From Alphaproteobacteria bacterium (lineage in GTDB: Bacteria; Pseudomonadota; Alphaproteobacteria; Bin95): a stretch of 64,000 bases of DNA. Position numbers and translations under genes: made by a program. Below the pieces are notes generated by a model. It did not search any database, was not told where the DNA came from, and saw only the letters and a list, made by a program, of their open reading frames with translations. The stretch lies in NCBI GenBank assembly GCA_964291285.2, contig OZ219788.1, positions 544,001 through 608,000 on the forward strand, read 5' to 3'. This document shows positions 42,610 through 54,323 of this stretch, in pieces. How positions within the stretch are numbered: the first letter of the stretch is position 1; every line of letters starts with the position of its first letter.

Positions 42610-43007
42610 AAGCGGAAGAGGTCGTCCGGCGGCTCGGGCTGGAGCCGCATCCGGAGGGCGGGTTCTTCCGGGAGACCTACCGGGCGCCGGGCGAGGGGCG
42701 CACGGCCGTCACCTCGATCTATTTCCTGCTGGAGGGCGGGCCGTCGCGCTGGCACCGGGTGGATGCGCCGGAAATCTGGGCCTGGCACGCCGGCGCGCCG
42801 CTGGTGCTGGAGACGGAGACCCGCCGGGTGACGCTCGGGCCGCTGGAGGAGGGCCACGAGCTCCAGGCCGTGGTGCCGGCGCACGAGTGGCAGCGCTGCC
42901 GGTCCTTCGGCGCCTGGAGCCTCGCTGGCTGCATCGTCGCGCCCGCCTTCACCTTCGAGGGCTTCGAGATCGCCCCGCCCGGCTGGGAACCGCCGGGGCG
43001 GGGCTAG
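42606..43007 (+). CDS. cupin_5 (DUF985) family protein
   Basis: LEPHPEGGFFRET, TSIYFLL, SRWHRVD, CIVAPAFTFEGFE. Confidence 0.9.
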   Translation: MKAEEVVRRLGLEPHPEGGFFRETYRAPGEGRTAVTSIYFLLEGGPSRWHRVDAPEIWAWHAGAPLVLETETRRVTLGPLEEGHELQAVVPAHEWQRCRSFGAWSLAGCIVAPAFTFEGFEIAPPGWEPPGRG

Positions 43008-43300
43008 TGGGAGTGCGCTTTGTCTTCGAGCCGTTGCAGCGCCTTCTTGATCCAGTCCAGGGCTTCGTTCTGCTTGGCGATTCCCTCTTTCAGCACGGCG
43101 ATGCCCTGCGCCGTTTCCTCGGCCGCCTTCGCCGCGCGCTCGCCCGCCTCTTCGAGGGATGCGACTCTGCCAACGATCGGGGCGAGTTCGGCTGCAACCA
43201 GCTTTTCTATGGCCCAGTAGGACGCGCCGCCCAGCAGCCCGATTGCGACAAGGGCAACGCCCGCCGCCCGCAGCGCAATCCTGACCCGTCCGAGGCTCAT
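43004..43300 (-). CDS. hypothetical protein (single TM plus coiled coil)
   Basis: Hydrophobic N-terminal segment followed by an Ala/Glu/Lys-rich helix. Confidence 0.6.
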   Translation of the reverse strand: MSLGRVRIALRAAGVALVAIGLLGGASYWAIEKLVAAELAPIVGRVASLEEAGERAAKAAEETAQGIAVLKEGIAKQNEALDWIKKALQRLEDKAHSH

Positions 43301-43401
43301 GCCCGGAGGCTCGCAAACGCAGGATAACGGCGCAAGGGGAAACAATGCCCCCGTCGAGGGGCGCGAGCGGCGTGAACGGCCCCTGCGGCCTAGCCGCCGT
43401 G

Positions 43402-43525
43402 CGGCGCACGAATGGCAGCGCTGCCGGTCCTTCGGAGACTGGACTGCATCGTCGCGCCCGCCTTCACCTTCGACGGCTTCGAGATCGCCCCGCCCGGTTG
43501 GGAACCGCCGGGGCGGGGCGGCTAA
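43402..43525 (+). pseudogene. degenerate duplicate of the cupin gene 3' end
   Basis: Near-identical to 42877-43007, with a few substitutions and a ~10-bp deletion. Confidence 0.88.
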
Positions 43526-43581
43526 GGCGCGCCTGTAGAACCGTTGTTCGGCGGCTCGATGTTCGAGGCTGACGAACCTTC

Positions 43582-43608
43582 TTGAAAGATAGTAACATAA
43601 TGTGTTAC
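43582..43608 (+). promoter_or_regulatory. higBA promoter/operator
   Basis: TTGAAA -35-like hexamer followed by inverted repeat GTAACA-taatg-TGTTAC, just before the higB ATG. Confidence 0.6.
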
Positions 43609-43616
43609 CACCCACC

Positions 43617-43892
43617 ATGATCCGGAGCTTCCGGCACAAGGGTCTTGCCGAACTGTTCGAACGAGGCCGCAGCCGCCATGTCCAACCAAGCCTCCATGCG
43701 CGTTGCCTGCGCCGGCTGGAAGTCCTGGACCGGGCTGAATCACTGGCCGATCTGCGCATTCCGGGGTTCGATTTCCACGGCCTCCGCGGAGCGCCTCAAC
43801 GCTACACCATCCATGTCAACGGTCCCTGGTGCATCACCTTCGAATGGCGGGAGGGCGAGGCGCTGCGCGTCGATCTCGAACAATATCATTGA
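43617..43892 (+). CDS. higB: HigB (RelE-family) toxin
   Basis: MIRSFRHKGL, FHGLRG, IHVNGPWCITFEW, VDLEQYH. Confidence 0.92.
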   Translation: MIRSFRHKGLAELFERGRSRHVQPSLHARCLRRLEVLDRAESLADLRIPGFDFHGLRGAPQRYTIHVNGPWCITFEWREGEALRVDLEQYH

Positions 43893-43904
43893 GGAGAGGA
43901 CAGA

Positions 43905-44231
43905 ATGACTGAGTATCGCGTCGAACGCCCGCCCGCGCGTGCGCCTGTCCATCCAGGAGAAGTACTGCGCGAGGACGTGCTGCCGGCGCTCGGCCTTTCG
44001 ACCGGCGCGGCGGCGAAACGGCTGGGGGTTTCGCGCCAGCACCTGCATCGGGTCCTGTCCTGCACGCATCCCGTTTCGGTGGAAATGGCGCTGCGGATCG
44101 GCAGGCTCGTCGGCAACGGACCGGGCCTCTGGCTCAGGATGCAGCAGAACCACGACCTGCGGCGGGCCGAACGGAAACTGAAAGACGAACTCGAAAAGAT
44201 AATCCCGGCCGAGGCGACTCCGGCGGCGTGA
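43905..44231 (+). CDS. higA: HigA antitoxin (HTH)
   Basis: HPGEVLRED, LGVSRQ, MALRIG, WLRMQ. Confidence 0.92.
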   Translation: MTEYRVERPPARAPVHPGEVLREDVLPALGLSTGAAAKRLGVSRQHLHRVLSCTHPVSVEMALRIGRLVGNGPGLWLRMQQNHDLRRAERKLKDELEKIIPAEATPAA

Positions 44232-44313
44232 ACGACGCTCAACGCAAGCGCGGCGCGTGGAGGGTCAAGCCGTTGTTTCGGGAAGTAATCGAGGTCGACG
44301 GCGGGTGGCACTT

Positions 44314-45303
44314 ATGAGGAAGGACGAACTCATTCAGTCGCCGTCAGACGTTCGTCCTCATGTTGTGTTGCTAGGAGCAGGAGCCAGCCGCGCCGCGTTC
44401 CCGAATGGAGATAGGACAGGACACCCGCTTCCGCTGATGAATGATCTCGTAAGCGTAGTCGGTTTGGAATCAATTTTGGAACAAGCCGGCGAGAAATTCG
44501 GGGACGGTGGAAATTTTGAGAGTATATATTCAAAACTGGTTTCGAGTCCAAAGCATCGAAATTTGGTAAAAGAGATTGAAGACAGGATTAGAAGATACTT
44601 TTCCTCGCTCTCTATTCCATCATCAACGACGTTATACGATTGTCTTCTCCTTTCTCTCAGGAGAAAAGATGCTATATTCACATTCAATTGGGATCCATTC
44701 TTATTCGATGCTTATTTGAGAAACTATCACATTGCAACGCTCCCACAAATTTTCTTCTTGCACGGAAATGTTCGAATTGGGATATGCCCGAGGCATCCCG
44801 AGAGATGGGGTATGAGGAAAATACAGTGCCCTGATTGTTTGGAACCATTAAATGACGTGCCTCTGCTTTATCCAATTGAGCAGAAAGATTACTCGAAGAA
44901 TCTATATATTGAACGAAGCTGGGAGGCGGCCAAAGCCTTCTTTCGAGAGGCATTTGTTTTGACAATTTTCGGTTATAGTGCCCCTCATTCAGATACCGAG
45001 GCCGTACGTTTGCTCAACCAAGCGTGGATGGAGCGCAGTGATCGGAAAATTGAACATATTGAAATCATTGACAAAAAGCCATACGGCGTTTTATATGAGC
45101 ATTGGGGACTGTTTTTGCCAACCGGTCATTTGAATAAAATTGATCATTTGCACGAATCTTGGATAATGAGATATCCCCGACGTTCTGTCGAGGCACTAAT
45201 GCAACCAATTTTGTTTGGTGAACCGGTCGAGCATTTTCCGTTGATTAATTCAAATATATTGCATGAAGTGCGAACATCGATTCTTGATAATGCGACTTGG
45301 TAG
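44314..45303 (+). CDS. SIR2-like domain protein (AT-rich, horizontally acquired)
   Basis: LLGAGASR, TFNWD, LHGN, Zn-site CxxH...CxxC, IFGYS; visibly AT-rich compared with flanks. Confidence 0.75.
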   Translation: MRKDELIQSPSDVRPHVVLLGAGASRAAFPNGDRTGHPLPLMNDLVSVVGLESILEQAGEKFGDGGNFESIYSKLVSSPKHRNLVKEIEDRIRRYFSSLSIPSSTTLYDCLLLSLRRKDAIFTFNWDPFLFDAYLRNYHIATLPQIFFLHGNVRIGICPRHPERWGMRKIQCPDCLEPLNDVPLLYPIEQKDYSKNLYIERSWEAAKAFFREAFVLTIFGYSAPHSDTEAVRLLNQAWMERSDRKIEHIEIIDKKPYGVLYEHWGLFLPTGHLNKIDHLHESWIMRYPRRSVEALMQPILFGEPVEHFPLINSNILHEVRTSILDNATW

Positions 45304-45545
45304 AAATCCAACAGTTTGAGCGAGAAATAGGACTTGACACCCTAAAAAATTCCCGTTCCCGTGCCGGCTCCTTTGTTGAAAATTCGGTTGCCTGGGGGGC
45401 ATACAAGGCCAAACCACCGCCGACAGAGATATGACGTCGGCAGCCGCAAGCGGGAGAGGAGCATGACGGAACGCTCCCGGCCATGTGTCCTGCATCGGGA
45501 ACCCCGGTATCGCAGACCTCTATTCGCCCGCAACCGGGCCGCCTG

Positions 45546-45980
45546 CTATCTCCCGGCCTTCCGCTTGCGCCGCCGCTGCGCGCGGCGGGTTTCGCGGTCG
45601 AGGCCGTGGCGTTTCAGGAAGCGCTGCGCCGCATCGGGGCTGACCGACACGCCCTCGGCGGCGAGCGCGCGGCTCAGCCCGTACATGGAGATGTCCGGCT
45701 GCTCTTCCAGGATGCGGAGGATCCGCTCCCGCTGAGGCTCGGCCCCCGAGACGCTGCCGCCCCGCCGGTCGGCGCGCAGGTGGCCGCGCTCCCGGAAGCG
45801 CTGCACCCACAGGCTGACGCTGTTCGGCGACACGCCGATGCGCCGCGCCGCCGCGCTCCTGCTCATGCCCTCATGCAGCACGGCCGCCACCGCCAGCGCG
45901 CGCATGTCCTCGCTCACCGCCCGGCCGCGCTTCCGCCCCGGCAGCCCGCCCGCCGGCGCGTCCGTCGATCCGTTTCCCAT
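45546..45980 (-). CDS. IS630-type transposase N-terminal double-HTH protein, no DDE domain
   Basis: GRAVSEDMR...GMSRSAAARRIGVS...WVQRFRERG...PDISM..L....GVSVS...RFLKRHG; purine-rich RBS upstream. Confidence 0.75.
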   Translation of the reverse strand: MGNGSTDAPAGGLPGRKRGRAVSEDMRALAVAAVLHEGMSRSAAARRIGVSPNSVSLWVQRFRERGHLRADRRGGSVSGAEPQRERILRILEEQPDISMYGLSRALAAEGVSVSPDAAQRFLKRHGLDRETRRAQRRRKRKAGR

Positions 45981-46269
45981 TCCGTTTCTTCCTCTCTCCG
46001 GCCGCCGCCGGTTCCCGCCTAACTCCGGCGCGGCAGCGCCGCCCGGTCTTCCTCGAACTCGAACGCGGCGGCGCCGCGCGGTCCCGCCGGCAAACGCCGC
46101 AATTTCCGCCAATGTCGAATGAGGCAGGGCTGCGTCCGGGCGCACCTGTCGGGTGAGCCGGCTCCCGCCCGAATGGCCGGCGCGTTCCTTGCGTTGGGTC
46201 GCTGCGGAGCGGGCGCTCCGATAGCCCGTCAGGTCATGTCCTCACTCGGCTTGTTTTCATGGCTGTCAG

Positions 46270-46300
46270 GAATATATAGGGAACATACAGGGGAAGTCAA
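46270..46300 (-). promoter_or_regulatory. sigma70-type promoter overlapped by a LexA-box-like site
   Basis: Minus strand TTGACT-18 bp-TATATT; GTTC-N7-ATTC overlaps the -10 (alphaproteobacterial consensus GTTC-N7-GTTC). Confidence 0.55.
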
Positions 46301-46464
46301 GCCCGCGACGGCCGGCGGCCGGGGGCCGGCGAATCGCGGACGGCGTATTGTCCCGCCGGCCTTGCCCCCGGTTCGCCGCCCCGGCCCCCGGGAAGAAGCG
46401 TGAGAAGGAATCGGGGCGGACATTTTTTGGTTTGCAAGGATGGATTGACCGGTCCGGCCGCCGG

Positions 46465-46493
46465 TTGTAAACAAAACCATAAAATGTTTACAA
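46465..46493. promoter_or_regulatory. perfect 9-bp inverted repeat overlapping the nucleotidyltransferase start
   Basis: TTGTAAACA-N11-TGTTTACAA. Confidence 0.6.
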
Positions 46494-47584
46494 TGAAGGG
46501 GAACGCTTCCTTGCGGACCTTCCAGCGCCTGCCCGTCGCGATGCAGACGGTTTACGCGGAACTGGCCGACCGGGCCTGGACGGGCAGTTTCCGGGACATC
46601 ATGGACGCGGGAGGAACGCCGCACAAACGCATCGTCAAGGGGCGGGAGTACTGGTACTGGCATCCCGCGACGCGCAACGGGCGCCGCCCGCCGGCGCGGT
46701 ATCTCGGCCCGGACACGCCTGAAATCCGTCGCAGGACCGAGGCCCGGGTGGAACGCGCCGAAGCCCGGAGGGACCGGATCGGCATGGTCCGGGCCCTGCG
46801 CGCCGGGGGAATGCCCGCTCCTGACGGCCTCAGCGGCAACGTGCTGGCCGCCCTGGCCGATGCCGGCGCGTTCCGGCTCCGCGCCGTGGTCGTCGGGTCC
46901 CTCGCTTTCCAGTGCTACCCGCCCATGCTCGGATTCAGGGCGCCGGGCGCGGCAACGCGCACGGGCGATGTGGACATCGGCCAGTTCCCTGCCGTCTCGA
47001 TCGCCGTGGACGACCGGATCGAGCCGGACCTGCTGTCCGTTCTGAAGAGCGTCGATCCCGCATTCGAGGCCGTCCCGTCGCCCTTCGATCCGCGCCGGAC
47101 CCTGCGTTACGCGATCCGGGGCGGGAGCGAGGAGAGGTTCGTCGTGGACGTGCTCGCGCCCATGCGCGGTCCGCCCCGGGACCGGCCCGTGCACCTCCCC
47201 GCCCTGGAAGGCGACGCGCAGCCGCTCCGGTTCCTCGACTTCCTCCTGTACCGGGAGATCGAGGCGCTTGTGCTTCACGGGGCGGGAATCCCCGTCAGGG
47301 TGCCTGCCCCGGAGCGTTTCGCCGTCCACAAACTGCTCGTCGCCGCGCGCAGGCGTGCGGACACGACAGACCGCATCAAGGCGCGGAAGGACGTGGAACA
47401 GGCCGCGCTCCTTGTGCGGGTGCTGGCAAGCGACCGCCCGGAAGAACTCCGGGATGCCTGGGAGGAAATGCGCGCGCGCGGGCCGGCCTGGCGCAAGGCG
47501 GCGGACCGGGGGCGGAAGGACCTGCCGCCCGACGTGCAGGACCTCCTGCCATTGCCGGACGTCCCGCACGATTCGGGCCGGTGA
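46484..47584 (+). CDS. GSU2403-like nucleotidyltransferase-fold protein
   Basis: YWYW...RYLGPD N-terminus, VVGS-AF, RTGDVD, VPAPERFAVHKL, KARKDVEQA. Confidence 0.8.
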   Translation: MFTMKGNASLRTFQRLPVAMQTVYAELADRAWTGSFRDIMDAGGTPHKRIVKGREYWYWHPATRNGRRPPARYLGPDTPEIRRRTEARVERAEARRDRIGMVRALRAGGMPAPDGLSGNVLAALADAGAFRLRAVVVGSLAFQCYPPMLGFRAPGAATRTGDVDIGQFPAVSIAVDDRIEPDLLSVLKSVDPAFEAVPSPFDPRRTLRYAIRGGSEERFVVDVLAPMRGPPRDRPVHLPALEGDAQPLRFLDFLLYREIEALVLHGAGIPVRVPAPERFAVHKLLVAARRRADTTDRIKARKDVEQAALLVRVLASDRPEELRDAWEEMRARGPAWRKAADRGRKDLPPDVQDLLPLPDVPHDSGR

Positions 47585-47681
47585 CCTCGCCGGACGGTTC
47601 GACCCGCTCCCGGGCGGCGACGCACGCCCCACCCTCAACGTCCCGGGGTCCCGACCTCGGACGGATGGTGGCCCGCCGGCC

Positions 47682-48008
47682 TCACGCCTCCTTGTCGATC
47701 AGCAGCATGAGGCCGGCGGCGCCGATGACGATCATCGCGATCAGGCCGGCCTTCAGCAGGCTCATCTTCTCGCCGAACAGGACCACGCCCGCCAGCACGA
47801 CCAGCGCCGTGCCGACGCCGGACCAGATGGCGTAGGCGGCGCCGACCGGGATGACCCTGAGCGAGAGCGCCAGGAAGAAGAAGCACACGCCGTAGGCCAG
47901 CATGGAAAGACCGCCGATCCCGACCCGCTCGAAGCCGTGGGAGAGCTTCAGCAGGCCGGTGCCGACGGTCTCGAGCAGGATGGCGAGCGCCAGATACGCC
48001 CAGGCCAT
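47682..48008 (-). CDS. SMR-family (EmrE/QacE) multidrug transporter
   Basis: 4 TM segments, conserved TM1 Glu, P-G-AYAIWSGVG. Confidence 0.92.
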   Translation of the reverse strand: MAWAYLALAILLETVGTGLLKLSHGFERVGIGGLSMLAYGVCFFFLALSLRVIPVGAAYAIWSGVGTALVVLAGVVLFGEKMSLLKAGLIAMIVIGAAGLMLLIDKEA

Positions 48009-48021
48009 CCCCCCTGTCCCC

Positions 48022-48819
48022 CTAGCCGCAGGCGGCGACCGCCCGGCGCGCCATGACGCCGACCAGATGCGCGCGGTATTCCGCCGAGGCGTGGATGTCC
48101 TCGTTCAGGTCGTCTGCGGACGCCGTCATGCCGTCCAGCGCGGCGGCCGAGAAATTGCCCTCCAGCGCCGCTTCCATCGCCGATTCGCGATAGACGCAGG
48201 AGGCCGCGCCCGTCACCGCGACGCGCACGCCGCCGCCCGTCGTCCGGGCCACGAACACGCCGACGATGGCGTAGCGCGAGGCCGGGTTCGGGAACTTCAT
48301 GTAGGCGGCCGTCTCCGGCGCCGGGAAGCGCACCGCTGTCACGATCTCGCCCTCGTCGAGCGCGGTCTCGAACATGCCGGCGAAGAAGTCGTCCGCCGCG
48401 ATCTCGCGCCGGTCGGTGCAGACCGTGGCGCCCAGGCCCACCAGCGCGGCCGGATAGTCGGCGGCGGGGTCGTTGTTGGCGATGGAGCCGCCGATGGTGC
48501 CGCGGTTGCGGACCTGCGGGTCGCCGATATGGCCGGCAACGGCCGCCAGCGCCGGGATCGCCGCCGCCACCTCGGACGAGTTGGCGACCGTATCGTGCGT
48601 GGTCATCGCGCCCACCGTGACAGTGCCGCCGGACACCCGGATGCCCCTGAGCTCGGCGACGGCCGCGAGATCGACCACGTCGGAGGGCTGCGCGAGGCGC
48701 TGCTTCAGGGTCGGCAGCAGGGTCATGCCGCCGGCCATCAGCACCGCGTCCTCTCCGGCGGCGGCCTTGGCGGCGGCGTCCGCAACCGAACCCGCCGCGT
48801 GATAGGTGAAGTCATGCAT
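48022..48819 (-). CDS. coxM: molybdenum hydroxylase FAD subunit (CoxM-like)
   Basis: AGGMTLLPTLKQRLA, IGDPQVRNRGTIGG, NDPAADYP. Confidence 0.88.
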   Translation of the reverse strand: MHDFTYHAAGSVADAAAKAAAGEDAVLMAGGMTLLPTLKQRLAQPSDVVDLAAVAELRGIRVSGGTVTVGAMTTHDTVANSSEVAAAIPALAAVAGHIGDPQVRNRGTIGGSIANNDPAADYPAALVGLGATVCTDRREIAADDFFAGMFETALDEGEIVTAVRFPAPETAAYMKFPNPASRYAIVGVFVARTTGGGVRVAVTGAASCVYRESAMEAALEGNFSAAALDGMTASADDLNEDIHASAEYRAHLVGVMARRAVAACG

Positions 48820-48839
48820 GGAAAGGAGACTCCTTGAGC

Positions 48840-51194
<2,355 letters not shown>

Positions 51195-51197
51195 GGG

Positions 51198-51677
<480 letters not shown>

Positions 51678-51754
51678 GGGAACGCTTCCTCCTCGAGTTC
51701 CTCGCGCGAGTGTTGTCCCGACATGGCGGCCGGGTCAAGCCGGATAAAGCCGCA

Positions 51755-52605
51755 TCAGCCGCCTCCGCCCGCCTGCATTCGGGCGCGGCGCAGGAATATT
51801 CCGGAATCGGCGCGCCATTGCTCATAACCTATGCGGCCGGAATCGGTCAGGCGGGCGATATTCCTGTCGAGGCAATCGGCGAGCGCGCGGTCCGAGGCCG
51901 CCAGGGCGAAGCCGCCGAGTTCGCGGCGGGAGTCGCGCGCGCCGATCGTAAGCGCGCCGCCGGACTCGAGGACGGCGTCAGCATTGCCGATCAGCCCTTG
52001 GGCGACCGCATCGACCTCGCCGGCGCGCAATGCTTCGAGTTGCGCGCCGTCCTCCTGGAAATAGACCACCTGCGGTATGTCCGCCGCGTCGCGGGGCGGC
52101 TCCAGCCGCCGCCGGCCTTCCAGAGCCGGCGAGGAGCCGGCCGCGGTGACGGTAAGGCGCTCGCCGGCCCCGGCTTCCAGCACCGCGCCGGAAGCGAGGT
52201 ACACCTTTGCGCCCGGCCGCAGCGCGCCGTCCGGCCCGATATAACCGGTCAATTGCAGCAGCCGCTCTTCACCGGTGGTGCCGGGCACCGCCGCAATACG
52301 GACATCCGGCGCGAAACCGCGATAGCCCGCGAACCGCCCGGCGTCCCCCGCGCGCACCAGCAATGTCTGGACGAAGGCGATATGCCCCGAGGTGAAGACG
52401 ACCGCCTCGCGGCCCTCAGCGTCGCGGGTGCGATCCTCGCGCACGGTGATGCCGCCGCCGACCAGGTCGTAGTCCGGCGAGGCGGCCTTGAGCCAGATGC
52501 CGGCGAATTCGCCGCCGATGGCGCGGCGGGAAAAGCGCGCGGCGCCCGTCGCCTCCAACGCGGTCAGCAGATCGGCCTCATAGCCGCGGTGTGACACGAA
52601 GCAAC
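51755..52605 (-). pseudogene. 5'-truncated periplasmic substrate-binding (SBP_bac_3-like) protein
   Basis: GYEADLL, GITVREDR, GTTGE, LRAGEVDA; no signal peptide, and the upstream part of the ORF runs into AT-rich non-coding DNA. Confidence 0.6.
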
Positions 52606-52971
52606 CATTTTGACTGATTGTTTCATGTTTTGGAGTGCGTCGTCCTTCTCCCATGTAAGGCAATAGATACAGAGACTTGGATCGCATGTCAAGGGGTTGC
52701 CGGAACCCTATACGAAGCAATAGAGGATGTGGCGGGAGCCCGTTAGTTGAATTCGGGGAACTGAAACTGCATTGCCGGATCTATGGAAACGCGCGTGAAG
52801 CGCTGCTGGAACATGGCCATCTGTTGGGGTATCCGGGACAGGTCATGGCGATGCGGCGAATCATGGGACATGAAATGGCCTGTTGTCTAGCAGGGGTATT
52901 TTCTGTAAAAATACGAATGATTGTTACGCGATTCAGGGTGCCCAGGGCAGCAAACGGGAAGCAACCGTGCC

Positions 52972-53583
52972 TCACCGGCTCCATAGCGGCGGTCCCTTGG
53001 CGCTCCAGCGCGGCGCGGGGTCAGTCGGCCATTTCTCCCAGGGCGGACAGAGGTATGCGGCGGTGACGTCCTGCGTGTCGGGCACGGGACAGTCGGGGCC
53101 GTCGGTGAGGAAGGGGACCTGGCATGTGAAGGACCCCTTGGTCTTGCGCGCCTCGTTGATGCACCAGATGACGGCGCCGCCATACTTGTTCCAGACATGG
53201 GCGCGCCAAGGCCAGAGGCGGCTGAACAGCTCGTCCTGCATACGGGTCGGGGAGAAGTATGCGGCGGTGACGAGGACGGCGGCGGCGAGCGTGACGGCCA
53301 TGGCCCATGTGAGGTTGACCCTGATGCGGGTCCGGGAGCGTTCGCGGCGGAGGGCGATTTTTTGGAGGCGGTCCGCCTGGTCCACGCTGTCGGGCTGCCG
53401 GCGGGCCGGCGGCGCTTGCGCGGACCCGGCTGCCGGCCGGTTCGCGGGCGCCGGCTTCACCGGCGGCGGCGCGGCGGCAGCCGGAGGGGCTTCGGGCGCC
53501 GGGGCGGCGGGCGGCGGATCGTTCCGGCGGTGCAGCCCGGCCCTGAGGCGGTCGAGGGCGGTTTCGGGCGGTCTGTCGGTCAC
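52972..53583 (-). CDS. hypothetical Pro/Ala-rich single-pass membrane protein
   Basis: Pro/Ala-rich N-terminus, one TM (LTWAMAVTLAAAVLVTAAYF), Cys-containing C-terminal domain. Confidence 0.6.
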   Translation of the reverse strand: MTDRPPETALDRLRAGLHRRNDPPPAAPAPEAPPAAAAPPPVKPAPANRPAAGSAQAPPARRQPDSVDQADRLQKIALRRERSRTRIRVNLTWAMAVTLAAAVLVTAAYFSPTRMQDELFSRLWPWRAHVWNKYGGAVIWCINEARKTKGSFTCQVPFLTDGPDCPVPDTQDVTAAYLCPPWEKWPTDPAPRWSAKGPPLWSR

Positions 53584-53647
53584 GGGCTGTCCCCCTGCGG
53601 CGGCGCGGCCGCGACCATACAGGCGATGACGGGAGAGGACGAAGGCG

Positions 53648-53977
53648 ATGACGAGGGACAGGGAGGACCGGCGGCGCCAGCGCTCGGTCACGTTGACCGA
53701 CAGCGAGTGGCGCCGGCTGAAGGCGCGGGCGGACGAGGCGGGCATGCCGGTGTCGCGCTTCATCGTCCACCGGCTTGCGGAGGAGGACCCGGGCCCGCCG
53801 CCGGACCGGGGGCCGGGCGGCCTGCCGGCGGCGGTTTGGCGGCGGGTGGCGCGCGAGCTGCTGCTGCTCGGCCGGCTGGAGGAGGAGAGGCTGGCGGCCG
53901 CGCGCCTCTCGGAGGAGCGCGACGTGCTCGCCGCCGAAGTGGAGACATGGCTCGCCCGGCAGGAGGAACTGGCGTGA
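53648..53977 (+). CDS. ribbon-helix-helix / MobC-like protein 1
   Basis: RSVTLTDSEWRRLKARADEAGMPVSRFIV. Confidence 0.72.
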   Translation: MTRDREDRRRQRSVTLTDSEWRRLKARADEAGMPVSRFIVHRLAEEDPGPPPDRGPGGLPAAVWRRVARELLLLGRLEEERLAAARLSEERDVLAAEVETWLARQEELA

Positions 53978-54002
53978 GCGCGCCATACCGCAGGAGGCCG
54001 TC

Positions 54003-54323
54003 ATGAAACAGGCGAAGTCGCGCTGCCTCTATCCGACGCCGGCGCAATGGTCGCGCATCCAGGCGCGGGCGAAGGCCGCGGGCATGAAGGTCTCGCCGTT
54101 CCTGGTGGCGTGCGCGCTGAAACGGGACGCCGGGGGGCGGGCGGGCGAGCCTCTGGTGCTGACGGCGGACGAACAGCGCGAGCTGTTCGACCGGGTGGCG
54201 CGGCTCGACCTTTACAGCCGGACCATGCTGGCGCCGCTGCCGGGCATGGACATGGCGGCGTTCGAGGCGGTCGCGTTGCTCTGCCGGCTGTTCCAGCCCG
54301 AAGACCCGGGAGAGGCGCCGTGA
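54003..54323 (+). CDS. ribbon-helix-helix / MobC-like protein 2
   Basis: RCLYPTPAQWSRIQARAKAAGMKVSPFLV; AGGAGG RBS. Confidence 0.72.
   Translation: MKQAKSRCLYPTPAQWSRIQARAKAAGMKVSPFLVACALKRDAGGRAGEPLVLTADEQRELFDRVARLDLYSRTMLAPLPGMDMAAFEAVALLCRLFQPEDPGEAP

Noticed and set aside
45345-45545. Hairpins and a GAGGAG-ATG suggesting an ncRNA or gene start
   Set aside because: No recognisable RNA family, and the ORF runs antisense into the HTH gene; not supportable
52743-52871. 42-codon minus-strand ORF (MSHDSPHRH...) and a TGGCGGG tRNA-end-like string near 52730
   Set aside because: No RBS or recognisable motif for the ORF; no cloverleaf or T-loop for a tRNA
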